Positions 12,350 through 27,000 of a DNA stretch of 64,000 nt are shown one piece after another. Source of the DNA: Azolla caroliniana (lineage: Eukaryota; Plantae; Polypodiophyta); the NCBI GenBank assembly GCA_043228905.1, contig JBHGNT010000001.1, positions 36,766,001-36,830,000 on the forward strand, in the 5' to 3' direction. Position 1 is the stretch's first letter. Each line of letters starts with the position of its first letter. A program made the translations under genes and the position numbers. The notes beneath the pieces were generated by a model, which had not been told where the DNA came from, did not search any database, and saw only the letters and a list, made by a program, of their open reading frames with translations.

Positions 12350-15300
12350 TCATTCAAGACGAGGACCTGCAAAGCATATTTCTCGTGCAAGGGAAGCATA
12401 ATCACCCACCTCATAATCTTTGAACATCTCAAAGTTTGCAATAAATAGGTTGGCTAACTTTCTCAATGTATCCATGTAGGCTTCTTTGTCATTCCACTGA
12501 AATGATCAAGATACAAATGGTAAGGAATAATGCTTACGGTGAATATGTACAAATTATTTCCCTAAATATCCGATGAAGTTAAAGCCAAATAATAATAAAA
12601 CAATATATACATGTAATTACACAGATAGAGACGATCTATATTACATCCACGTTTATCCAAAATCTTATTATATACAAATATGATGGATTTTGCACATGGC
12701 CTTGTGACACATACAAGCAAACATGTGCACTTGGAACATTTATACAATGTTTCATTCATTGTATGATTACCAAAACACTACATATATCTAAATTATGCTC
12801 GTTAATTGCATTCATCATGTTGCATACAATATTGTGTGTGTGTGTGTGTGCCTATAGCCGAATAGTAGCTACTAACAAATGCAAGTATATGTAACATGTA
12901 TCTTGATGAATACAAACTTTAATGGGTATATGAAGATGAAGAAAGGGTTTTATACAAATATAAGCATCCACATGCACTTAAAGCATCGTTACTCCTATTA
13001 TATATGATTTACACACTTACACATGCTCGTTTGATATTTACTTGCACTTGATTTTTTAATTATTCTTCGTCTTTAATTTTATATGAATTTAAAGAGAGCA
13101 TGAGAGAGACCATGTTCTCTGGGTGGAGAATGTTGGAAGGTACACCCTCAACTTCATTTGGAATATGCAATCCAAATATTGGAGTCTCTGTGTATTTGGC
13201 AGAGAGGAGAGATCCATCATGTATAGAATCAATGATTTTTCTAGTATGTGCTAACTTTATCCTGTTTCCTACACCATAGCTAGAAACACAAACAAAACAT
13301 ATATAAGAAATTGTGTACCTACACATTTAAACACACACAAGGATAGAGACATGATCAAACCTGCCACCAATCCAACCTGTATTAACCAACCACGCTGTGG
13401 TGCCATGATGTTCCATTTTGCTAGCCAACATAGAAGCATATTTAGTGGGGTGCATCATGATAAATGCAGCCCCAAAGCATGCAGAGAATGTTGCCCTTGG
13501 TTCTTTGACACCGTCTTCGGTGCCTGCTACCTATAACAAAAGCACATTACAAATATGAATGTTTCATAATGCACCTATATATAATATGATAAAATTTCTC
13601 AATAAAGGTGTATTTATGAATATACATGTCTCATACATACAAGCAATTATGCATACTACATATTCTATCCAAGAGACTTACAGAGAAGCAAGGCACAAGG
13701 ATCCTAATACTCAATACTTATCTACATGTTTACAATATATATAAAATCAAAACAAACGGGCTTTCTAACATCCTCGATATATTTACAATACATAAGAAAG
13801 TATTTCGTCAAATCATGATTATATGGGGATCTTATGCATGTATCTTGCAAAGTTGATTTGTCTTATAAAGTTTTGCTTGCTACTTCATATGACAAGAACC
13901 ATGGATGCAACCATTTGATAACTATTGTGAAGAAACTAATGAGATTCACGGTCATAATATCACTAAAACATAATAATTGGTAGTAATAAAAAATAATGAA
14001 GAAGTTTGAGTACTTACCAACTTCCCATATAGTACCATGCATTACATATCCATAAGATGATAAATAGGTAATGTAGTTTCTTTACCAATGCAGTGTAACC
14101 ACTAATGAAGTGATACATGGTTTGCGGTAGGCTCAATTTGCTCACAGGAGGCAAGACGCCGAAAGCATCACATGTCAATAATATGACATTCTTCGGATGA
14201 GGTCCCACACAAGGTATCCTTGCATTTGGAATGTATTCAATGGGATATGCAGCCCTCGTGTTCTCTATTGAAAGATCTAAGTTAGCATACCTCGATGGAA
14301 GTTTGTACTTCTTAAAGAATCATCATTATATAGCATTTACCGGTAATAGACTTGTCGGAATAATCAACAACCCTCGTACGTTCATTGAACACCACATTTT
14401 CTACCACTGCACATATTTATGTTCATCATAAGGCCGCAAACAAAAAATTCACATTAAACATAATGCATTCTTGTTTGAAATTCTAGTGCCATGCACTTTA
14501 AACCATATATTTTGCTACTAATGAATATGCTAAGATAATACTTTCTAGGGGGAAAACCTGTTCCAAACTTAATAGCATTCCAAATGTCAGGTTCACTTTT
14601 TGGTGAGAGATTGATGCACTTTGCATAACATCCTCCCTCAATGTTTGATACTCCATTGTTGCCCCAACAATGCTCATCATCCCCTATCAAGTATCTATTA
14701 TGATCTGTTGATAAGGTGGTTTTCCCTGTACCTAATAATGTCGAGACAAAAATGAAATTAGTTGTAGAAATTTTGTAATAATGTTGAGACAAGAATTATA
14801 GGTTGCCTCCCAAACAAAAATTTAACGAGCTTCTAATTTTTTAAAGGGTAACCTGAGAGACCAAAGAAAAGTGCAACATCCCCTTTTTCACCCATGTTGC
14901 AACCAGAATGTAGAGAGAGGACACCACACTTTGGCATGAGGTAATGCATGACACTAAAAAGACCCTTCTTCATCTCGCCCGCATATTCTGTGCCTAATAT
15001 TACCATCTCACGACGTCCGAGATTAAGGTCAACACTTGTGGAAGTTGTCATATAATGGGTATAACGATTACAAGGGAATTGCCCTGCATTGTAAATTGTG
15101 AAGTCTGGTTCTCCAAATATCTCTGACTCTTCTTGGGTTGGTCTTATGCACCTATACATCCTCACTTCAATATTTATAAAGTACATAGTTGAATTCTCTC
15201 GCATGTACACATTGAGTAAGTGCATCTACAACTCTTACTAATGGTAATTATCAAATGTTTACACTTAGAAAAACAATTATAAATGAACATTGATTTTCAC

Positions 15301-18233
15301 TTACATGTTGTGCATGAACAAAGAGTGGTAGGCACGTGCTGATACAATTCTCACTTTGATTCGATGCTCTGAGTCCCAATTTAAGAATTGGTCATTAACA
15401 TATACCTAAATGTTTTCAAAGAAGTACGATGAGACGTCATGAAAGTGAACAATATTCTTTACAACCAAATGAGGCCCTTAATTTGTTACCTTATCCAATG
15501 AATTCAAGTAGTCTAGTGCTCTCTCCTTATTGACTAGGAATGCATGCTCATCCATTTCAATGTTAGGGGAGCCCCTAACCAAGTTTGGGACATATTAACA
15601 AACATCTTTATTAGTAGAAACAAATTAATACCAAAGAGGGAGATTATTTTTGAAATCTAGAAAGTGATTTGAGATGGTCGGGGAATAAAGGGTTGGCATA
15701 AATCACTTCGATGTTCTAATTTAGATACTTTTGAATGACATTCTACATATTAGTAATAAGGCATATATATAATTATATACTCACTTGCCCCACCATAGGT
15801 CATTTTGAGAGGTTGGTTCTTTTACTACTCGCTTGTCTTTTGGGGAACGACCCGTCTTTGCACCAGATAGAGTGGCAAGTGCACCATTCGATGTTATGAA
15901 TGAGGCCTTATCATATTTCACTGCGTGCTCATATAGCTCTATGCCATTACAAACCCATTAAATCAATATCTAAACTTGACAGCTTTAAAAGCACTTTTAG
16001 GTTCCAACTTTGAAGTATGAAATAAGCAATGCACTACCCCTATTGACACAAAACACATATTACAATTGTGAAATATTATTGATTTAATTTAAATTTTACC
16101 TGCCGGTGACAAGTTATAGAGGATGTGGGTGCAACTTATGTTGGGTATAGTTGGATTGTAGTCCTCTACAACCCGACTTTTGGGCTTTTGTGATTGTGAA
16201 ATTGGAGGCTTGGGATTGCTTTTCAATACCATTGGTCCTTTTTCGCACGCCAAAGATGTAAGTGATGTACTATATTCATAATAATGCACAATCATATGAG
16301 TTGCGATTAAATCAAACATGTGGACTTAATTAGGAAGTATATTGTTGACCGATAAGAACAAGGGCATAAGAATCCACTTAATCACACCATTTCCAATAAG
16401 TTCATTTTTATCACTTCAGTCAATAGGGATGCACTAACCCAGAAGAAGTAAAACCTAAAACTCCCAATCATGTTCACCAACGTTGGACACATCCATGAAC
16501 ACCATATATGTCTAATTGAACTTTAAGCTAAACACACTAACCCAGAAAAACCTAGCATCTCTCCCTACAAATACAAAAGCCCATTAAACCTTCTATAATC
16601 ATGAGGATCTCTATAGTTTGATTATCTCTCCAAGATGATGTACTTGACTGTATGTCACAAATGCCACTCCCACTGAATCAAATTTCTTTGTTTCTCACAA
16701 ATCAATCTTCCTTTTAACTTCAGTACTGGTTGCGGTATTAATCCACATATACCATCAAACAAGAACCTCTTTCTCACGCCCATGGTGATCAAACACCCCA
16801 TCCAATTGGCAATTTAGAATGCGGCACAAATGCACAAAATAGGGAGTGTGAAAACCCACTAAAAGGAAAATAAGAATATCCTGACTAACAATGCCCAACG
16901 TCGCTACATTACCACTAAAATGGATCCAACGATAGGGAATTTCATGTGCATGCCACCCTCTTCTTGCACACCCACATGAAACATATTGGCCTTTTAAACC
17001 CATCAATGAAGGCAACCCATCCACCATTTGCCACTAAACCACGAAACAACCAAGTCCGTATATATATATCCCAATGATACCCCATTTTGGAGATGTATTG
17101 TCACACCCGAAGATTTATCAACTCTATAAATGCATCATGGTTCAATCTCACAAAGTGCAGTAATTTACTTGACAACATTGCAAAATGTAGGGGTTTGAAT
17201 GCCTAACCTTTTGGTTGATCTTGGACAACAACATCCTTACCGATGGAATTATATCCACCTTGTCCCTCTCCCTCTCTCTTCTATTGATATGAGTGTTTGA
17301 CATTTCTTTAAATTACAAGTTCATCATGAGAATCAAAAGCAATACAAATTAAAACCCAATAATGGATGCATTTAACCAAAGCATTTGCAATATAATAGAA
17401 AAGAAAAGAACCTAATCGATTCATCGATTGTTGAAATAGGTCCACAAATGGGTGGAACGTTCTTGTGCATGTAAATGGACTCTTTCACACCATCTCCACT
17501 TTGATTCATGCTAATCCTTGCCATCCCATAATCAAATGGCACCTTAATTTATCAATGTCAATTGGGAACATTTCAAAATCCACATGATCCAGTAAGAATT
17601 AAAAAAAATTTCATGACCAAAACTTTCTAGATTCATGATTTCATGACTAAAACTTTCTAGATTCAGAAACAAAAATTTAGCGAGTCAAATCTTTATTTCC
17701 ATCTTGGTGAGATATAGTTCATTAGTATGATTACAATTCAATACAATTTGATTAACTCATGAAGTTACTATTAAATCCCTCAACAAAACATGTCACGACC
17801 AAAACTTTCTAGATTCATAAACAAACATTTAACAGCACAAATTTTCATTTCCATTTTGGTGAAATCTAGTTCCTTATTATGATTATAATTCTAATTTACT
17901 CCTGAGGCAACAGCTAAATCCCTTTGCTCCCCTGGTTGATAACAAATTCATTAACGGTCAAATTGATTTTTATTATTCAAGGAATAAATTAAATATCGAC
18001 CAATTAATGAATCATGACTTAAATTATCGTGAATTTATCTGAGAAATTCTGAGAACAAAGAAATCCTTCTCATTCTTTTATTAGAAAATTTCAATATGAA
18101 TAATTAAGGATCTGATTAGCCCATAAAAAGATTAATGTGATGAGAAACGTAGATACATGGATACCTTTAGCGAGAGGAAATTGCTAGTTCTGAGTGCCAT
18201 GGCGGCAGCTGCCGAATGGATTAACTGTGCCAT
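12350..18233 (-). CDS. PCK: Phosphoenolpyruvate carboxykinase (ATP), 12 coding exons
   Basis: GT-AG exons with consistent phase: 18233-18165, 17542-17412, 16269-16100, 15938-15785, 15574-15490, 15405-15305, 15151-14853, 14731-14558, 14406-14341, 14264-14086, 13530-13361, 13279-13111 and a terminal exon 12496-12350 (13 segments if the first exon is real, which is less certain). Motifs: [26 protein letters not shown]-loop [48 protein letters not shown]. Confidence 0.95.
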
Positions 18234-18248
18234 TTAACCTATTAATTA

Positions 18249-18255
<7 letters not shown>

Positions 18256-18296
<41 letters not shown>
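18256..18296. repeat. (AG)n microsatellite just upstream of the PCK ATG
   Basis: Perfect AG dinucleotide run. On the minus strand it is a (CT)n tract before an AG acceptor at about 18240, suggesting a 5'-UTR intron. Confidence 0.85.
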
Positions 18297-18299
<3 letters not shown>

Positions 18300-18638
18300 A
18301 GGGTGATTAAATCTATATATGTTTACGCGCAATAAAATCGATATTTATAGGTTATTAGAACTATAATTATTTTTTGTTAATCAGATTTTCTTATGATTCT
18401 CTCTCTCTAAATATATTATAACTAATATACATATATACATACATACTATGGCACATATATATATATATATACACACACATCGTTATATCAATTCTTTATT
18501 ATTTAGTAGCAATAATGTACAACATAAAAGGAACTTTCTTCACCCTTTTAAGCAAATATAAAATATTTCTACAGAATTTTCAACCCACTTTATCGATGTG
18601 AATAGAGAGGAGACCGATTTAGAGGATGTGACCGCGCT

Positions 18639-18669
<31 letters not shown>

Positions 18670-21013
18670 CTTATTATAGAAACAGATGGAAAAGCCAGTC
18701 ATAAGGAGGAGTTTGAATATCTATCTACAAACATATGGAGTCTTCGCTACATTTGGTCTCCAACTAAAAACGTTCCCAAACCTCCTCCCCATATCCCCGT
18801 GTGTGTAAATATTAATCATCAATCAAATCGGGCATTGCAACTTTTTCGATTTCGGTTGCCTGCATAAATGCCTTGATGTCACTACCTAGGACATATTCGA
18901 TTTATCAACTAATTAGAATGAGTGACACATATTGACATCTCATTCAACATCATGATAATGGTCACCGTTCTCCACATGCTTTGACACCAATAGGGGGCTA
19001 AGTCATCTCTACTACATAAGCAACGTTTTAATGATCTACCCCATATACTTAGAGACAATTCTTGTAAACAAATATGATGAGTTGTGCCATGTATGATGTA
19101 ATGAAGCAACCCTTTAGAATTTACAAATTGAATTCATCTACAAAATACGCACACACAAACTTACTTATATAAATGTATATAATATATAATACATATGTGG
19201 GTGCACCTCCATGGTAGGAGAAAAGTGATTAGAAGCCATGAAGAAAAAGAGTATTGATGTGGGGAGAAAAGTTTAAATTTGCAAGAATAAAGAGCCTCGA
19301 TATGAGGAGAAAATTAAAACTCACAAAGTAAGTTTGAAGTGGGATGCCCTTGAGTTGTAGACAATCAGGTAAATATTGTTTTAGGAATTGCTTGAAGAAA
19401 CTATATTCTTGCTTTTGGTTTTGACCAAAGACCTTACAATCTTGGGTGTTCTAGATGGTATAAAATATTGTCTCTCAAAGGAAATTGTCCACATGGAATC
19501 CCTATAGCCATCCAAAGGTATTTCTTAGACAGCGGCCCAATAAATTTGAGCAAACGAGGTGTGTTTATTCTTTGTATAAATGACCTTAGGTTATAAATAG
19601 CAAGGTTTATAATCTTGAAACCATACACTTTTATCGGGTAGTGTTGAAAAGCAAATTAGTGAATCTCCTTTCATGGTGTGTCAATTTGTCTGAATGTCTT
19701 GGTAATAGCATGTAGGTCATTAGTTTGACTCCTATTAGGATCAAATGATCTCATTCATCCCTAGCACCTAAGGGCGATTGTTGCAAGCTCATGAGGATGG
19801 CTCATAGCTAACACATATGATAGCTTGCTAAAAATAAAAACTAGCTCATTGTGCCTCGATTCCAAATCTTCAAATTCTTTGTATTAATAACAAAAATAAA
19901 TAATTGATCTTCTTCTTCATGATCGAAATATGTCACGATACTTCTTCTTCTTCTTGATTATTTGACAAAACAGTGTGATTATCTCACGGATCATGATTAA
20001 AGGTCTCCTTCACAGTTCAACCAAAAAAAAAACATGATTTCTTCATCTTCTTGATATAATGACCACCTAATACAACGAAGTGCCCAAAATCAATATATCA
20101 ATATTAAGGATCAAAGCATTAGACGGGGTCGACATCATTCAAAAATATGTTCATAATAATGTAGCAATATGCTCCAAGTAGTACAATATCAAGGCCTTTT
20201 AATAATAAGCCTTCATATTTCACATAATGGAAGAGTCAGGATTATAGTAGAGCAACTTCCTAGAATATACTCAAAGAAGAGTCTCATTCACATATATTGA
20301 GTTATATATAACGAAGTAAGATACACATTGATTGCATTCACTCGAAAGAAGCGAATCCAATCAATTTCTTAATCACATGAGATAGTATATAAATCCATAA
20401 TAAACCCCTGAGAAAGGAAACAAACCATAATACTTGTACTTTTCATGAATTCTCAAAATACTCCCCCTATTGTTCCACCTTTGGTCACATTCAAACTTGC
20501 TTTCCACACATACCAATCAGGTTTATGTATGCACACACACTTCCTTAACAATCATCAATACAATTCATGGACATTGAGAGTAACTACTCAACTCTTGACA
20601 CACTGCTTGAAAGTGTCTCAGTTTTGGTTCCGTTCCATGGCGCATATTTGGTCTCTAAGTATGATAATAAGATTTATATATCTCTTGTCTTCCTTATTAA
20701 TTCCATCCTAGAAGGAATACGTATTCATGATTCCCGGAGCCAAACAAAAAAGTTAGTGTTAATTCTAGGGGGTATTTTGGAAAAACATAAGGGTATATTG
20801 GAAAAAACAGAAGGATCATCTTCGAGAGTTTGAAAATAATAAGGGGTACCGGAGTAGAATTTCCCATGGCATAAAAATATACATATGATCTGAATCAACA
20901 CAGGTTTCTCCTCTCTCGGGTTTTTACGTTGGGCAGGAAAAAAGAAAGAAAGAAAGAAAGAAAGATCGACCAAAGCTAGGATCTGGTCTACTTGTGTGTA
21001 AACAAAAAAAAAA

Positions 21014-24000
21014 ATGAAAGGAGAAGGGGCAGGAGCAGGCACGGCCAAGGTACGGCTCCTTAATCTTATGTTTCAGAATTTACGCATTTATGCATGTTTT
21101 TTTTATATAATCTCCAGAATACATACGTACATACATACATACATACATATGGATCAGGGAGGATTTCTGAGTTAATAATGCTCAAAAAAATATTTTCAAG
21201 ATGTGCTGTGCAAAACAACAGTATTTAGGCTTGGTGTTCAAAGCAATAGTATTTAGAAATAGGGTCCAAAGACAAGGGTTTGGATAGGCCATTGTCAATT
21301 GTAACATCAGAAGTAAGGTCACAAGCAGCCCTGAGGTCAATGTATAACAGAAATTTAGATTGGTATGAGTAAGGTTTCCAAATGAAGACAAATAAAAAAT
21401 GAAAACAAAAGAAATCCAAACTAAGTAGAGCATCATGAAAAGAATCTCAATAGCTGATCGGATATTAAAGGGTAATGAACACAAGGTGGGACCAAATGGC
21501 GAACAAGAGGAATGATTGTCTTGTGCTTATTTTTTTTTCTTTCTAAGGGTAATGTGGAACTAGGTGTTCCTGATCACAATCCTGGGTTGTGGCTCCTTTT
21601 GAAATCATATGATCAAGTTTTGGCTTGTTGGTCCAGCTAATATTAAAACTTATCCAAAGGTGAGATCTTCTATGAGGTGGTTTTGGGCAAATTCAAAAGA
21701 ATCATGTTAAGACATTGAGTGTCCTTACACTCAATCAGGAAATCAATAAGAGAAAGGATCTCACGTACATTCAATAAGAACATTGATAAGTGAATCAATG
21801 TTTCCTATTATGTTTATAAGGACAATGACGAGAGATATGCTGTCTCCTATATTCAATTATATATAAAGATTTCCATGTCACAAGGAGAACTACAAATTGA
21901 GTGCAAGTTTCAGAAACATGATTATAATAAGATAAAGGCATGTTCAGTGAGATGGAAAAGGCTAAATTTGCTTTATGTTTGTCTTTCATGCATTTACGGT
22001 TGGCCCTAGTTTTCGGTATCAATGATAAGGCACCTAGAGCAAGGAATAGTTCACAAAATTTTGTTGCAGCATTTGAGTAACTAGAGAGTAATATCTGCAA
22101 AAACCCACATATAAAATGTGCCAGAATTTGGTGGAGCAATAGACTTTATGGGAGAAAGAGAATGAAATATGATCCTAACCTCTCTAAAGAAACCAAAGTG
22201 GCCTATGAATCCCAGAATGGTTACAATCACTTAAACTAATTTGGAAAACAGAATAATTGAGGCATTAGGATATACTTTTGATTCACTTTATAAGGATGAG
22301 TTCTGTTATATAGCCAGGTCCTGTTGTGTTGCAATATAATTCTCACATGCTTTACAATGGTCCTTGTAAGGAAAGAAAAGCTATATGTTATTCCGTCGAA
22401 ACATATTCTGATCTCCTATCAGACGTTTCCAATTCACCATGAATTAAGTAAGTAAATCATGATAAAAATATGTTTGTATGTAATTCCCTTTGAAAGTTGT
22501 TGTATCTTCACCTTTAAGTTGAGCATAGAATTCCTATGCTTATTTCATCTTGTATTTTTTGGGATATTCGTTTTTGTTAGAATTGTTCTGACATAATTTC
22601 ACAACATGTTTCTTTTATGTTTATGCAGACACTTGGGAAATTAGAGAAAAGTGTTCAAGCAGGAAATTACTATGAGGCACAACAAATGTACAAGACTATA
22701 TATGCAAGGCAATTAATATACCCTGTAGATTTTTCATTTGTAGCATTGGCCAATTGGAATTGATTTTCGTGCATAAATCTTATTGGAACATGCTCCCAAT
22801 ATGAAACGAAAAATAGACACATACTAATCTCGGCAATCAAAAGTTATACTCAGGTCATTGCCTGTATTTACTCTATATATAACTTACAGGTATGTAGCTG
22901 CAAAAAAGTATGTAGAGACCTTGGATATTCTCGAATCTGGTGCTTCAATTCAGCTCAATCATGGACAGGTTTTTTCAGCTTAAAGAAATTAAACATGCAT
23001 AAAAAATATGGTTCTTGAGGTGGACTTTCTAATTTTGTGTATTTTTTAACCCTTGTACAACTCGCGTGTTTAAGAAATGTGGCATTTGATCAGTTTACGA
23101 TGTACATGACATGGCTGGATCATCCTTCTCGATAATCAATATTGATCTGACCTTTTTTTTATGAAATAGAAAACCATAATTTGACAGCCCTTCCTTGATG
23201 TAGCTGGAAAAGCCCCAGTTAACTTTAGATATCTGGGGAATGTTATTTGGAATCTCACTTCCCTGATTTAATGAGCCATATTGGTAGAGGCTATGAGCCA
23301 TGCTGCATGAACTTAATTTAAGCCAATTGGTGTTTTGTAAAGTGAGTGCAGCAAACCTTTGTGTTGAAGGAGATGAGAGATAAGGCTTCAAGAATTCCTC
23401 AAAAAGAGGAACTGTTGAAGGCAATTTTGAGACATATATGGACCATATTGCACGTTAAATCAAGGGAGACTACTGTATTTCCATACATTTGGGCTCTAAA
23501 AATTTCCCATTTTCATTTTTGGAACTCTTCCTCTTTTTCTGAACTTATTTCATCTTATTTCCCACATAGGAATAAGAGGGAAAAATAAGGTTCAAAAAGT
23601 AGAAATTACAACCCTTGACTTTGTGAACCATATTGCATGTTAACATAATGCAGACTAATGGGTTTCCATACAATAGAGCCCAAAGGTGTCTGATCTGCCT
23701 CTTGGGAAACTTGCCTTCTTTTGTTGGTCTCATATTATCATGGAGGGATTTTCTTCAGTTGATGAGCACTGGCAGTGACATGATGCATTTACTATATGGT
23801 GAAGACCTTGATGAGTGATTTATAACCCAATGAGCGATTATCCAAAGTGCATTCACCGTCCACGTGGCACGGCATGTTTATTATCCTGTTCCATGTTGAT
23901 GCCATACGAAACATTGAAGTGCTCAAATCTAGAAAGATTCGATTGAAGGTATTTTAAGTGCTCTTATTTTGTTAGCCATGTCAGGGAAGACACCTGAGAA

Positions 24001-27000
24001 CTGACATTTTAGTGGGTCAATGGGAAGCTACGTCTTGACCATAAGATACCATCAAAGGCCCACATTACTTGGATCCGTGTAGACCTTAGTTGCTATAACA
24101 ACTCACATTGTTGGTAGAATGCAGGATCTTTGGAGCATTTTATGGAAAGCAGTTAATCATGATTTAGTGACAAACATGTCCACATTTTGAGTTGTGGTTT
24201 CTAGCTATATGGGCACAAGATTGATTCACGTAAAGAACAAAACTGAAAACATTGCAAGTGAGGAACGCTAACCTCTGTTTGAAAAGTCCTTCAAAACATG
24301 CCATGATCATAATATAAACTAATTATGCACGCACTATATTTCATGCTCTTCAATGGGCATTCATGCATTTCTCTAAATTATGCACACACTATATTTCATC
24401 CATAACTTGATATGGAATTTCATGTGAAAATATTCTTCTCCTAAGACTTCACATTTCACTTGTAGGTGACATTGGCGTTGAGTTTGGATTTCTAGTTATT
24501 GTAACTAATTATACTAACATGTTTCATGTGCTTCATCGGGCATACATTTTTTAAGATCAAAAGATTGAACTAAAGAAATTTCATCATCCATAACTAGATA
24601 TGGAGTTCCATATGTGGAAATATTCTTCTCTTCTAAGAGTTCATGTTCTGCTTGTTGTAGGTGACATGTGGTGTTGAGCTTGGACTTCTATTTATTGAAA
24701 CTTTGAGGAAGTCTGGTGTGAAATATGATGGGTCAAGTTTAGGTACACATCAGATGTCCTTATACATTCATATAATTCCAGATCATAATTCATCATGTTT
24801 TTTGTTGAGTTTATAAAAACTTTGTTTGCTTGGTGTTTCATTAGGTTTGTAATAAATCATTACATACTTTTGAGAATGATCAACCATAGTTTTTTAATAT
24901 TGAAAATCAGAAGCATGTTTTTATAACTTTCCCTATACATATGTTAAATGATATTATATACTAACATGTTGTGTTATACTTATCAATGACATTGAGTTTC
25001 TCATTTTTCTATCACGTTTTTTGTGGAGTTTGTAAAACTTTGTTTTCTTGGTATTTCATTAGGTTTGTAACAAGTCATGTAACATACTTTTGAGAGTGGT
25101 CAATCAACAGCATGTTTTTATAACTTTCTCTATCTATATGTGTTATATGATATAATATAATTTCGGTATATCATATCTATTTAACTGAGTAATACTTATA
25201 CTAACATGTGGCATTATACTTATCGTAGAATATTCTCCTCTGGAAAATATAAAACTAAATTTCCACAAGTTCCACCTTTGGGGATGCTAACCCCTGATGA
25301 TAACAATTTAGCAAACTTTTTGCAATCTATCATGAACAAATCATGGTTAGCTATGACCAATAGGCCATCAGTCTTCCAACAATTGCCACCAACTTCACTG
25401 GTTAATACCATACAGTGTGGCTGATCTCAATGTGTACCTAATGACCATAAGTATATAGCTCTTTTAAGTTCATACAAGGATGGTGGAAAACATTATATGT
25501 TTAGCAGTAGCCTCTGGAAGATGTGTCTGCGTATGATACTCTATCCAGCCTCATGGGCCCTATCAACAATCAGTGCATGTCACACTATCCCTCTCAGTGC
25601 ATCACATGCTTATTCTGTAGTGTAGTTAACTGTTGTAATATCTGTTTATAGACAAACATTATTCATTGTATGACTATCCCCGTTATGAGGTGGAAGGTGG
25701 GACCTTGGCAGATCCTCATGGACTCTCACTGATTATCAAACACCCTGAAACACCGTGCTCGGTTATTACGAATGCATCTAATAAATATGCTAAAGAGACT
25801 AAGCAGAAATTTAACTTAATTAAGGAAGATTAAGGTTAGAATACAGTCATCCTATCCAACCAAGCGCGGAGATGATAGCAATCCGGGTTCTAGGAGTCTT
25901 GAGGTTCCTAGCATGATCCATGGACCTACCTAAGAAGAGGCTAGAAACATGACCGGTGGGACCCAAAAACAGGGTGTATTCAAATGTGGCTCATGCGTCT
26001 TATTGCTGGGCAGCTCAAATAGTTTCCAAGAGTAGTGCACACACATATCCATGCTGATGCCACCAGAAGAGGCAACATGAATCATGATGAATGGAATGGA
26101 GTGTTACAGCCATAGATTGACACATGCGCGATATTCGTGATATTCTCCATGCGCAATATTCTCAATATTCGAGAATACGAAATGGCCCCAAGAATATTAA
26201 AAAACCATTCGTTTTGCAAAATAAATATAAAAAATTTATTTATTTATTTAAATAAATTTATTTCACCAAAAAAATAACAATTATTCATTAATAGATTATA
26301 GTGTCAAGAGAGTTTGTGAAACTTATTTTAATTAATCAATCAATTAATTAATTTTTAAAATACGAATATTTTTATATTTACTATACAAATCTGATTAGTA
26401 TGAACTTTGAAAATATGATTAGTTTGAAGTACTATTTTTAATGTCAAAATAAAAATATCCATAAAATTTGAGGGAATAAAAAGTGAGAAATTAATGAGCC
26501 TTTAATTTATTATTAAAAAAAAACGAATACTTATAACATATAAGCTATACATTTATTATAAAAATATAGTAGTGTCAAGTCCCCAAGTCCCTCTTTTATT
26601 ATCCCTATTTATTGTCAAGTTCCTGTTTTTTATCCTAGGAAATTAAAAAAGAAAGAGTTTTTTTTTTTTTTTGGGTTAAATGAATACTTGACCACCCATT
26701 CGTATTCGTATTCGTTTGCATTCGAATGGGAAACACGACGAATGCGAATATGTCAATCTATGGTTACAACTATATATGAGATTGAACCTAGCAATCATGC
26801 ATTGGTAAGGTTGATATCTTACATAGCTTTTCAGCCTGAGGTGGTCATAAGCTCTTTGAATGTTGATTGGCCTATCTACAGCTTTTAATTGCATATAAAA
26901 TGCACAGGTATGTATATGCTCATAACATTGGCACAATGACAAGTGTTTTGTGGACAAAGATGTCTAGATTAATCTGGTATAATGTTCTTGAACACATCCT

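Noticed and set aside
16640-17290. Extra PCK exons or a nested gene (ORF 16755-17027)
   Set aside because: No PEPCK similarity. The flanking exons already join in phase and the candidate frames contain stops.
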